Shown piece by piece: positions 13,749-25,464 of a stretch of DNA of 64,000 nt. The notes under the pieces were generated by a model. The model saw only the letters and a list, made by a program, of their open reading frames with translations. It ran no database searches and had not been told where the DNA came from. The number at the start of each line of letters is the position of its first letter. Positions within the stretch are counted from its first letter, which is position 1. This stretch comes from Squalus acanthias (taxonomy: Eukaryota): the NCBI GenBank assembly GCA_030390025.1, contig CM059435.1:38936001-39000000 (forward strand). Direction: 5' to 3'. A program made the translations under genes and the position numbers.

Positions 13749-14059
13749 CTTGAGATTTCCTTTCGTTGTAAAAGCTCTTCCACAGATGGTGCATGCAAAT
13801 GGCTTTTCACCAGTGTGCGTGCGTTCGTGAATCTGTAGAGCACTTGCTGAGGAGAAGCTCTTTCCACAAGTAGGGCAGTTGTGTTGTTTAGGTGTGCGAC
13901 GGGGTGGAGGTGCCAAAATAGGTGGCATGATTGGAGCCACAGTTGATGGGGCAAGAAACTGTGCAGTGGTTCCTGCTGGTCGTTCTCCATGGTCGCTTAC
14001 TTCCACTTTAATCAGACAAGGAGGAGCCCTGTTAAAGGAACCTGCAGGAACTTGAGCAC
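13749..14059 (-). CDS. SALL4: SALL4 coding exon 3 (start of C-terminal zinc-finger cluster)
   Basis: Acceptor gtttttag|GT at 14059. Encodes [52 protein letters not shown]. Donor AAG|GTAACT at 13749. 311 nt, phase 1-0. Confidence 0.95.
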
Positions 14060-16004
14060 CTAAAAACATACAACAGTTTTCACTGTTTAGACGGATATGG
14101 GTTGTAAATTATACATGGTGGATCCCTGACTATAATGAATTCTCAACTGCCATGCCAGATTTCACTACCTCAGGTCTGAATACTAGAGCTTTAGCAGCAG
14201 CTAGATGAAATGGAGAAAAGCAGCCAATTCAAGTCAACTGACAGTACAAACACACACGCCACTCATTCATTCCTTCTACTCTTGTTCCTGGCAGCTGTTT
14301 ATTGAAAAGGACTGGAAACGTCAGCATTGATCACTTACCCAGTTACCTGCAAAATTGGTGTGTAACCTGGGTACATTGCTTGATATACAGGAAAATTCAC
14401 CTGAACTAAAAAGCGCCCATTTTGTAAAGATTCAAGTATGTTTTAATAAGTTGCCCTTTAACCCTGAATGTTACAAAAATGGAAATATCCATCAACTTAT
14501 CATGGTCTCTCACTGTACGATTAGAAGACAGCCTGGGAGCAGACATTTTTTTTTAACAAATGAGAAAGGTGAAGTTCTGCTCCATCGTTGAAGCACAAAT
14601 CTGTTCAAGTTGCCTGGAGCCAGCACTTCTAAAGCATAAAAAGCATGACAGAAAGTAGACAACAACACTGAAATGTATAAAGGCATCTCCCTTTAACATT
14701 CAGCTCTGTAGAACGATTCAGGCCCTTTAAGCACTGTATCAGAAGTTCCTATTGATCTATGAGACATGTCCTACTTTTCTTTACAAGTTAAGCAATAGAT
14801 TAGCAGGAAATGGTCAGCATTCTACAACTGAATGGACTAACCATTCTGTTAAGGGACTCAAATTTATCCAAATTCACTGTCCTCTATCTTCCAACAGATT
14901 ACATGGATTATGGACAATTGGGAGACAATGAGGTAATTTTAGATTTCCCCCCCCCCCCCACTTTAAATAGGTTCACCAGCATGAGGGAATTGAATACTTA
15001 ATCTTCTAGTGTCAGCACTTCCAGATCAAGCTTACTATCGCCTGGTCCTTTTACACAGACCAAGGAGCAATAGTGTAAATTTTCTGTTTCTTTCAAGAGC
15101 CATCCTTATTGCCATTTGAGTGGCAATGTCAAGGACAGTGCACCTAACCACTGTACCACACACTCCCTCTTAATATCTGGCTCATGACTGTCTTATTTTC
15201 TGAGATGCGAGTGGGGAGAGAAAGAGGGACTCCCAAATATCCAAAGTGATATGAACCTTTGGTGGTGGTGGACACACAAAGGAGCATCAGTGGATAGCAA
15301 TTTAAAGTTGGAATAACTTCCCCTAATGGCTCGGTGGGTAAATACCACCCTGTGTGGTACTGGGCTGGAGATCAGGAGGGAGCCATGTCATCACAGCCAT
15401 CATGAAGTACAGATTGTTGTCACCAGTGGAATAGCCACAGGATAGTTAATGGGAACAATACTTTATTATATAGCTGAGGCAGGCCTGATAATTCATGACT
15501 AAAGCTGCTTAAAATAAAAGGTAATATACCCTCATTCATGAGTTTAAAAAAAAAGTTTGACGGTTCCTAGTAGAGACTTTATTTTGTTATTGTACAGCGA
15601 GATGTCCAAGTTACAGCCCACGAGCTCCTATTACTCAGCCCGTCAAGCTCATCAAATCCTTCTTTCTTTGCACACTTGTGTGCAACACCAACTTCTATTA
15701 TTGCTCAGCCATAGCTCTTCACATTTCCAGGACTTGAGGATTGCAGAAGACTGTACAGCAATTGATGAATGTAATATTTTGGGACTTTTACCTAAAAGAA
15801 CTGGGAAGGATTTTGATTAAATTTAGGCTATGGTAATGCTATTAAGTTAGATTTAGCTTACAAAGGGTTAGCTCCCACAGCTCCCAAGCTATTTAAAACG
15901 TTGTTTAGGTCGTTTCCTGCGCTGAGACACCAGACGGCCCAGCCAGCAGAGACATCAGGTTGTTTACTTCACATGTCATTAGTTTTGAGACAATGGGGTT
16001 CATA

Positions 16005-16934
16005 ATGTAATGTATCCAAGTTTGCTGATGATACAAAGCTAGGTGAGAAAGTAAGCTGTGAGGAGAACACTAAAAGTCTGCAAAGGGATATAGATAGACT
16101 CAGTGGCAGATGGGGTATAATGTAGGGAAATGTGAGGTTATTCACTTTGGTAGGAAGAATAGAAAAACAGAATATTTTTTAAATGGTGAGAAACTTTCAA
16201 ATGTTGGTGTTCAGAGAGATTTGGATGTCCTCGTGCAAGAAACACAGAAAGCTAGCTTGCAGGTACAGCAAGCAATAAGGAAGGCAAATGGCATGTTGGC
16301 CTTTATTGCAAGGGGGTTGGAGTATAAGAGTAAGGAAGTTTTGCTACAATTGTACAGGGCCTTGGTGAGACCACATCTGGAGTACTGTGCACAGTTTTGT
16401 TCTCCTTATCTAAGGAAGGATATACTTGCCTTGGAGGCAGTGCAACTAAGGTTCACTAGATTGATTCCTGGGGATGAGAGGACTGTCCTATGATGAGAGA
16501 TGGTGTAGAATGGGCCTATATTCTCTGGAGTTTAGAAGAATGAGAGGTGATCTCATTGAAACATACAAGATTCTGAAGGGGATTGACAGGGTAGATGCTG
16601 AGAGGTTGTTTCCCCTGGCTGGAGTGTCTAGAACTAGGGGGCATAGTCTCAGGATAAGGGGTAGGCCATTTAGGACTGAGATGAGGAGGAATTTCTTCAC
16701 TCAGAGGGTTGTGAATCTTTGGAATTCTCTGCCCAGAGGGCTGCGAATGCTGAGTCTTTGAGTATATTCAAGGCTGAGAGAGATAGATTTTTGGACTCAT
16801 GGGGAATCAAGAGATACGGAGATGGGGTGGGAAAGTGGAGTTGAGGTCGGTGATCAGCCATGATCTTATTGAATGGCGGAGCAGGCTCAAGGGGCCGTAT
16901 GGCCTACACTTGCTCTTATTTCTTATGTTCTTAT
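16005..16934 (+). mobile_element. CR1-clade LINE, 5'-truncated 3' end
   Basis: SKFADDTKL, KCEVIHFG, LYRALVRPHLEYC, RRMRGDLIETYKI, TRGHSL and FFTQRVVNLWNSLP, with frameshifts and a (TTCTTATG)-type tail. Confidence 0.93.
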
Positions 16935-17569
16935 AACCGTGGTCTTGGGTATTTGTGGCCATGAAGATAGAAAGGTTTTCATTTATTGCACCCAGCAGGA
17001 GACTCAGCTGAACAAACAATACAACTGCTGCAAGTTTCCACTCCAAAAAGGGAAAGATTTTCAAGATGGTAACTTTAGCAGCCTGATGGACTGAAGGACG
17101 GCTTAGCGGACAATGTTTGTTTTTTAACACTCCCTCTGGAGTGACTGTGGGGTCACAGAGGCACTGAAAGATCTCACTGTCCAGGTAGTGAAGGAGATAA
17201 GGGACTCCAAGCCTAGGTACGAACCATGCAACCTGTAACAGAGGAAGTCAGGGTTCACTAACTTGTAAGGGAGTTTAGCCCCTTAATAGGGGCAGGGGTG
17301 CAAGGTTTGTTATTTTATGGTACAAGGAGTGGTAGGAAAAAGGTGCATCTCATTCATAATCTCATTCGTAATCTGTACATTCATGCATGGTGTGTGAAAT
17401 AAACCAATTTGTTGGTTTACAAATCAGCTTCATCTCAGTAGAGTGCTTTTCAGTTCTCCTGAAATTACAAGAGAATGCATATGGTGGCATGTGCAAGACC
17501 ACGTTATCCAGTACATACAACAAAGGGGTCTATTGTTATGATCCTCGGGTCATGCCATTTTCTAAACAG

Positions 17570-18550
17570 TAAAGGCATGCTCCAGATCATAGGGGACAAA
17601 GTTGGCTTACGGAAGTAATTGGTGATGCTGTAACCAAGCGAGTATCTAAATGTAGATCTGTGAAATTTGCAACAGTCAATATAAACCAATGAACGAGAAA
17701 GCTTTACTGGTACCCTAGGCTAATGAAGTTTAATGAGTGAGCGCTGAATTTTTCAAGCGTTCAAACTTTAAGCAGAAGCAGCAAACATGAAAGTGGCAGA
17801 ATAATGAGCAGCAGTGGAGAGCACAGCGAGCGACGGTCAGGAAAGCGGAGAGAGCAGACCAGCTTGGAAGTGAATAGCAAAGTTCTACAAGGGATATAGG
17901 CAGTGAGCCACTTTTTGTGGGGGAGATTTGAATTTGCATGGGTTTTGAGGGAGGGGAAGAAAAGAAAAAGTGCTTGGATTTTCACACCTGTGAGGAGCAT
18001 CCAAATCACTAGTTGTGGATCAAAAGGTTGGGCACCTATGGTGCACAGTAATTGCTATTTATGGCAGCTCACAGCAACAGCAGTGATGGATGTACAATGC
18101 AGTTTTCAGCATTAGGTACAATCATTCTGCCCTGTTCTACTTGTTCAGAGGTGTGGGTGAGAAATAAATTCTGCATCAGTCCGTGGGAAAGCAGAAGGAC
18201 CTGTCTTTCTAATGGACCACATTTGTCAAAGATATAATAACTTGGTTCAGAATGTTAAGTTATTATGGGGGAATTTTACAAAGAAACAGAGCACAGCCAC
18301 AATCATTTCAGATCAGTTCTGGGAATCAGTCCCTTGAAGGGAAACCAACAGCCTGGCAATCCCGATCCAGCTCAGAAACAACAACCCCAAAATAAATGTT
18401 AAAGTGCCCTTTGTTGGGAGTGAGGTAGTGGTCAGTGAGCAACAGTTATCTGAAACAGTGCACCACTCTCCCAAAATCCACATCATGAAGGAAGTAACCA
18501 GCTGGGTGCATGCAGATCATCTGAAGAAGCTGGACGAAAGCAAGAAATAA
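17570..18550 (+). mobile_element. Probable degenerate LTR-retroelement integrase relic
   Basis: Hand translation gives HAPDHRG (H-x3-H-x-G), LYWYPRL and SWVHADHLKK* in integrase order. No continuous ORF and no LTRs identified. Confidence 0.4.
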
Positions 18551-18814
18551 AAATCCACACACAAATGGGACCACAAAATTAAAACTTGGCCTTCAACTGC
18601 CAGGCAAAGAAACAGATCATCTCTGGTGGACCATGAGTGCTACAGGATCTTTTAACAAATTGTCTGACAAATTTGAGAGAGTTCTTTGAGGAAATAATGG
18701 AGTGTAATAAAAGGAAATGTGGTGGATGTTAGATACATGAATTTCAAAAGGCATTTGATAAGTATCACATAGAAGGCTCGTTGATAAAATGAAGGCGCAC
18801 GGTATTAAAAGGCC

Positions 18815-19203
18815 ATGGGTTCAAGCCCCACTCCAGAGACATGGGCACATAATCCAGGCCAACATTTAGTGCGGTATTGAGGGAGTGCTGTACTGTCGGA
18901 GGTGGCATCTTTTGGATGAGACATTAAACCGAGGCCCCGTCTGCCCTCTCAGGTGGGCGTAAGAGATTCCATGGCACTATTTGAGGTAGAGCAGGGGAGC
19001 TCTCCCAGTGTCCAAGCCAATGTTTATCCCTCAATCAACATATAAAACAGATGATCTGGTCATTTATTTGATTGCTGTGCAAATTGGCTGCTGCATTTCC
19101 TACATTACAACAGTGACTACATTTCCAAAAGTACTTAATTAGCTGTAAAGCACTTTGGGACATCCTGATGGGTACTATATAAATGCAAGTTCATTCTTCT
19201 TTC
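18815..19203 (+). mobile_element. tRNA-derived Deu-domain SINE (SacSINE1/AmnSINE1-like)
   Basis: B-box GGTTCAAGCCC, Deu-like core (ggatgagacattaaaccgaggccccgtctgccctctcaggtgg...ccatggcactatt) and L2-like tail (ctatataaatgcaagtt). Partial copies at about 430-580, 2460-2570, 19510-20355, 33540-33760, 33915-34030, 54415-54515, 55855-56000 and 62420-62527. Family name is from memory. Confidence 0.8.
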
Positions 19204-19551
19204 AAGGGGATGTGGCAGCATGGATAGGGAGATGGTTAAGTATGGAAAACATTGGTGCTTTTTGGATTGGAACAGTGGTGTCCCCCCAGGTGGAGGACTG
19301 CAAGTTTCTTCAGGATGATGTAAACAAATGAGTAGATAGATATCAGATGAAATTTAATGAGAGATGATATATATTGGGAAGAATAAGGACACGCACGCAC
19401 ACACGTTTAAATATACTAATTTTTAAGTGGGAGGACAAGTTGTAACGAAAAACACAAATGGATCCTAGGTTTTATAAATAGGGGCATAGAATACAAAAGC
19501 AAAGGAAGAAAGAAGAAATTGCATTTATATAGCGCCTTTCACAAACTCAAT

Positions 19552-20297
19552 GGCCCAAAAATTTGTGTTGATACGCGAGAGTACGCACTGTGTACTCTCG
19601 TGTATTCTGCCTCCAATTGCCGGTTTTCTGCATGCACTGCACATGCGCTGAAAACCGGCACTTGGTGATTTCAAAAGGGGGCGGTTCCCAAGTGAACCGC
19701 GTGCGCGCTACAGGCTGCGCGCACGCAGTGCACTTAGTGCTTTGAACGCGCAGGTAAGTATGGAAGATTTTACACATAAAGAAAGGAGGCGTAAGACCCT
19801 CTTTTAACAAGGTAAGTAGTTAATTAAGTATTTTTTGAATTTTTTTTTTAAACAGGTATATCTTTTTTAGAGACTTTAAAGACAGGTAAGTTTATTTTTA
19901 TAACTTTTTAAAAGATTTTAAATTTTTTCAAAAATTAAATTTTTTGTTTAAAATGGTTAATTTATTTAACTATACTTATTTTATTAATGTGATGGTTTTT
20001 TTTTTAATTTAATTGAGGTTTAGCTGTTCTTTTGGGGGGGGGTATAGATTCATAGCTTTCACAGCACTTATGTGAAAGCTATGAATGAAAGATAGCGTGC
20101 TGCCATTGGCTCTAACTGAGTCACGTGATCCCACAGCTCGCACGAATTAACTGCGCCTGTGGGATACGGAAGCACTGCCCAGCTGCTGTCCAGAACATCA
20201 AGTTCGTGCGAGCTGGGACTGAAAAAGCCAGCGCGCAGTGAGAGATCGCGGGGAAGTCTTACCCTCGCATGAAGGCTCCCTCACAAATTTTTGGGCC
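19552..20297. mobile_element. MITE (non-autonomous, Harbinger-like) in SALL4 intron 2
   Basis: Perfect 16-bp TIR GGCCCAAAAATTTGTG, flanked by AAT / ATT. It splits a SINE tail (cacaaactca...gtcctaaagctttacagcc). GC-rich ends and an AT-rich middle. Confidence 0.8.
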
Positions 20298-22842
20298 ATT
20301 GTCCTAAAGCTTTACAGCCAATAAAGTACTTCTGAAATGTAGTCATTGTTGTAATGCTAAATTTATACAAATTGTTAAGCTGCAATTAAAATATTGTTTC
20401 CACTTTTGGGCATCTTACTTTAAGAACAAGGTCAAGGCCATGAAGAGGGTGCAGAAGAGATTCATTATGATACCAAGGATTAGAAGCTTTAGTTATGAAG
20501 AGAGACTAGAGAAAACAAGGCTCTTTGTGGGAAAACAACAGGTTAGAAAGACATCTGAAAGAGTTCAAAACTGAGATTTAAAAAAACAGGGCAAACTGTT
20601 TTCCCCTGGTCAGTAAATCAGAAACTAGAGGGCATACATTTATTAAAGTTATTTCCAAAAGAGGTTAGCAGAATTTTTATTAAATGCAGGGAGTTGTTAG
20701 GACATGGAATACCCGGTCAAAAACAGTGGTAAAGGTAGAATTCATAAAACATTTAAACAAGTATATAAATCTTTGAAGTTAAAGGATACAGGGAAAGAGT
20801 GGAAATGGACTAAATGGCGAGTTCTTTAGAGAGCGGACACAGGCCTACATCTGTGCTGTAAAATTCTATGATTTTAAGATTCCAAGAACCTGAACAAGCT
20901 GGTCAAGAGAATCTGGAGGGGATGATCAAGGCAGATATAAATACACTTTCACTTCTGTATATCAGTGTCTACACACTTTGATGGATGCAAAACAGAGCCT
21001 ACAATAACGTTAATACAACAGTTTACTTTCTGTGCATTATCAGATGTTCAATATTATACACACAAGCAGTTACTTTGGCTGATATACTACAGCTGTTGTG
21101 CCCCAATGGCTACTTTTTTTTTGAAGAGCTGCCAAATACTATTGCACCAAACGAGAAGTCACACAACACTACTGTACAGAACTAAGTGTACCAGTTAGTG
21201 AATCACCATCAAGAGCAATCATTGAGCATACCACATTCCTCAAGAGTATATTAGAGACACCAGAAAACAGCTTGTGCGAGCCTAAACAGTGAGCGTCACC
21301 ATCAACCACAAGGGACATCTCAGCCAACCCAGATCATGCAGTCAAACATCCAAAGAAATGCCCTTCCAGCTGGAGCTACTGGACAGACATCAGAAGCAGG
21401 AGCGTAGGCCAAATATCTCCTAACGAGGGGGACTGAAGTCAGCTGTAGCACCCCTACCCTACCAGCTCGGACATCAGCTAACTCAACCCACACCAGCAAT
21501 CAAACCTAGGGCCTTCAGGGTCTGTGTGGCTCAGTTACTCAATTTCAACCAGCTGTACCACTGGGAGGAGATGGGCAGTGGGGGCAAAGTTAGTGTTCAG
21601 CTGCTGCTGCTTATTGGTGCTTCCCCCCCCCCCCCCCCCCCCCCCATACCCCTGATTTTAATTTTGTCGTCACTCAAATAAAAAGCCAAAATACACTCAA
21701 GGACCTGCTACTGCTGCTCAGGGTAGCTTATAGGGGTCCAAGTTAAATGTAGTCAATAATTGAGTGTACCTACTGAAAGTATAAAAATGGTGCAATTCAA
21801 AGCAAGGAGCTTTCACCTGTGGGAGCCTAAATTCAAATCCAGCAGAGATTAATGGAGCGAAATTCCCTGCCAGCTGTAAGCCACAACATTAAATTAATTC
21901 CAGTTCTTGGGCACAAATTAGGGAAAAGTATTCCATCACCTTCATTTTGAAAACGGAAACAATCAGCCCGCTGGGGATGTGTATTAAAACAGGGAAGAAG
22001 AAGCAGTTATTCTTTTATGATGGAGTCACAAATAAACAGTCAGCAGTTACAGGGTAAACCTACAGTTGAAAGATGCTGTTCATTACTGACCACAAAGCAT
22101 TTGGGCCAGGCAATTTAATTGGCAGCCCCATTTTGAAAAATTGTCAGGTTCAATCTCTGATCTCAAGTTCACTGATCTCAGCCTGGCCAGTGATAGGAGA
22201 TGCTACCGTTGGCTCCAAAGCCCCTGGATACAGGAGATTGGTGGACAGAGGAGAGAGGAATCAGGCTCCTGCTCATTATCATTATCCAGTAAAGCCTGCT
22301 GCAAGTTCATGTGCAGAGGTCTAGTGAGTGCAGGATTAGCTGTGGACACTCATGAATGACAGTTACTTGGTGAGGTACTGGACAACAATCAATGCCCATG
22401 GAACAGTACTCTTGCAATAAATAAACAAACAGCTATGAGAAGAAAGGAGACAATCATTTTTCTCCTTCCTCCTTGCCCTGTACAGAGAAAAAAAAATCCT
22501 AAATAAAAAGGTGGGAGACCAGTCACTTGCTGTTTAATGCTATAGGCAAAGGTCATGTAACTGCTTCACGTATCTGATCAGATCTCAGCATAGAGGCTCA
22601 TCGTACCTTACATGTGCTCAGATCCTTTTACTTTAAAAATCTGTATAAATGTCTTTTTCTTTAAAACTTCAAATAAAGTCTCCAAATAACCATTACTAGG
22701 GCCTATTCAAATGAGCACTCAATTATCTCGTTAGCCCATTTAGCTGCATTTATGAAATTGCAACTCGAGACTCAGACTGGAGCTTCTGCTGAAGTTATTC
22801 ACAAGGTTTAAACTATAGTAATATATTTTTTTTCATACTTAC

Positions 22843-25464
22843 TGCAGTCCCCATTAGTAAATGGCACACTAGGCACTTCTTCCTTAACTTTGCGATGAAT
22901 ATTGGCAGATGTTAAATCTAACGCACCATCATTTGCCAGTTCAGATGTCTCAGCAGGCTCAATTTTTGTTCCTGAATTTTCACAAGGAGTAGAGAATCCT
23001 GGCGACTTGGACAGATGACTACCATTATAGCTATTAGCAGGAGACGAAGCTTGGAACAATGCAGGCTCGGAAGCACCTGGGCTCCGATTATTCTGGTATT
23101 CTTGATCCCCTACTGCCGAAAAAGAATCGTTAGCTATACCTTCACTTTCTGGGGAGTCATTCTCACTAGATTTTAAACTGCTCTGTCGTTGCAAGTTCAC
23201 ACTAGAGTTAATCATTTTCATCTGACTCTCCAAAGCAGCTATATTTGAGAATACTAACAAAGGAGAGTTAGCTGGTAAGTCACTATAAGGCAAAACTGGT
23301 TTTGAATACTCAGTTGCAGGCACTTTCGTACCTTTGTCTCCTTCCAACTCAGATTCATCCATATTTTCATCAGTAAAACTGCTGTCTAGTTCAGCATTTT
23401 CATCAGCCAAAGCTGGCTCTGGATCAGAACCATCATAATAGCCCTCAGGCAAAGGTGTGTTAGGGATCTGACCTCCCATGTGCATTCTAATATGCTGCTG
23501 AAGAACAACAGCATTGGTGAATCTCTTGTGGCAGATAGGACATGAATGCTGCACTCGCAAAGGTGGCTTTGCCCTATGAACCCCGTAGTGAGTCTTGAGG
23601 TTGCCTTTTGTTGAAAAAGCCCTGCCACAGACTTTACATTTGAATGGCCTTTCACCAGTGTGTGTACGGTAATGCATTTTTAGTGAACTCTGGCAACTTA
23701 GTATACGATGGCATACAGCACATTCATTTGGGTCATTGGATGTTTTGTCTATATTTTCCACCAACTGTTGAAGTTTGGATGTCTCAGATGCTTGGCTATT
23801 ATCAAGTATGTTACCAAAAGGTAACTTGGGTTTTGAGGTTTCAGACATTATAGAAGTAGCCAAAATAGGTGCATTGCCATTTTCATTTGCAGACTTAATT
23901 TCTAGGTTAGAATCGTAGTTGCTGACATTTGATGACATAGAAGCAGTTTCACTTACTGCTGGAGATCGTCTCTGCAGAAAATCACTCACAGGTACCTTAT
24001 CTGAAGTATCCTCAAAACTAGTCGACAGATTCAAGCCAACTGAATTGGACAATGTTTGCAAGACAGGTTTGGTGTCCACCAAGTTTGCCGAATTGTCAAC
24101 GGGTATAGACATGCCATATGGAATTCCACTGCTAGTTGGAACATTGTCCAAATGTTCAGGAACAGGATATGGATTCATCCGGATATGCGGGTACTTCTCC
24201 TTATGCCGCTGGAAGTGGACCTTCAGATTGCCTTTGGTTGTAAAACGATTACCACAGATGTTGCATTTGTACGGTCTTTCACCAGTGTGCGAACGGATGT
24301 GAATCTGCAGAGCACTGTCATTTCCAAATACTTTGCCACAAAACTTGCACTTGTGTTTGAAAAAGGACTCCTCGGAACTGGACTTGGTTTCAAACACTGC
24401 AACATTTGGAGGCTTGCCTTTCTGATTTCGTGCAGCTGAAGCTGCAGATAGTCCCATCAGTGGGCTGTGGATAGTTGCAGAATTTGGAGACTGAGGTAGC
24501 AAGGGGTTTGGAAATCTTGCAGCTGGGCTTGTAAGGTTGCCATGTTTAAGCCTTGTGGGGTTTTCAGAGCACGAAATGGAATCAGGCTTGGAGGTTAGCG
24601 AAGCTAGAGCACTAGTAGTTTGGAGAGACCCTGACTCAGAGTGGTGTAAACCTTTGCTAAAATGAGTTGCACCAGCAGAAGAATGAGGTAGCTGTACTGG
24701 TTTAAAACCTTCTATAGTAAAGCTTTGGCTACCAACTTTCTGCCCAATTAAAGCAGCAGCAGCAGAAAGCTGTTGTGACAAGTGAGCCCCCAGTGCTTTA
24801 AGGGGATCTGCAGCTGCAACGATGGATGGGTGCAGAGAATGAGGTGCCATCATTGCCACCTGGATGCGGATTTGCTCAGTTAACTGAATCTGCTGAAGTT
24901 GCTGCTGCTGCAAACAGACCAATTGCTCAAGCAGGATAGGAATGACATTGACATTTCCAGTTGCATTTGAATTGCTGGCAGGCAGAGTGTCTGGAACATG
25001 TTGAGTCACTGCCACTTTAGTGTTCTGAATAGTCTCCAATGTGACATTAGTGTTTGGTATTTTAGATTGGGACACATAGCTCACGTCAGAGGCTGGATGT
25101 AAACTTGCAGCAGCATTTGAGGCACATGATTTTCGAGATTCTACATTATCAACATTCATCTCAGCAGTTTCACTCTCTTCATGCATTCTTCCTTCAGGGC
25201 TATCATTGCTTTTCGATTGATCGCTCATTTGGCCATTTGGAAAGTTATCCGGACAAGATTCTGGGCTGTCTTTTGGAGGCATTTCCCTCTCGCCTTCATT
25301 CATAATCAAAACTGGTGGGTTTTTAGTGCAATTTTTCCTGTGCTCAAGGAACTTGGAGAGATCAAAGAACTCGGCACAACATTTCTTACAGACGTTGGTT
25401 TCCTCGGTCCTGCATTTCTTTGCGCTTACTTCCCCATCTCCATCATCCTGACATTCTTGAGAAC
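22843..25464 (-). CDS. SALL4: SALL4 coding exon 2 (C2HC finger, Q-rich region, zinc-finger clusters 1 and 2)
   Basis: Acceptor ttctcacag|GT at 25464, in frame with the 833-aa ORF 22808..25309. Encodes CKKCCAEF...HRKNC (C2HC), [31 protein letters not shown]-box fingers ([20 protein letters not shown]) and a third finger in cluster 2. Donor A|GTAAGT at 22843. 2622 nt, phase 1-1. Confidence 0.97.

Larger units (their letters stand above)
18650..20875 (+). mobile_element. Old CR1 fragment split by nested SINEs and a MITE
   Basis: RT pieces (gaatttcaaaaggcatttgataag = F.KAFDK; gtggtgtcccccagg = SGVPQ) continue collinearly after each insertion, ending at an attctatg tail near 20870. Confidence 0.7.

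Noticed and set aside
22808-22842. Tail of the 833-aa ORF ([10 protein letters not shown])
   Set aside because: Read-through past a consensus GTAAGT donor into intron 2.
23919-24439. Two 127-aa plus-strand ORFs (also 25181-25495 and 12247-12642)
   Set aside because: Antisense shadows of SALL4 exons.
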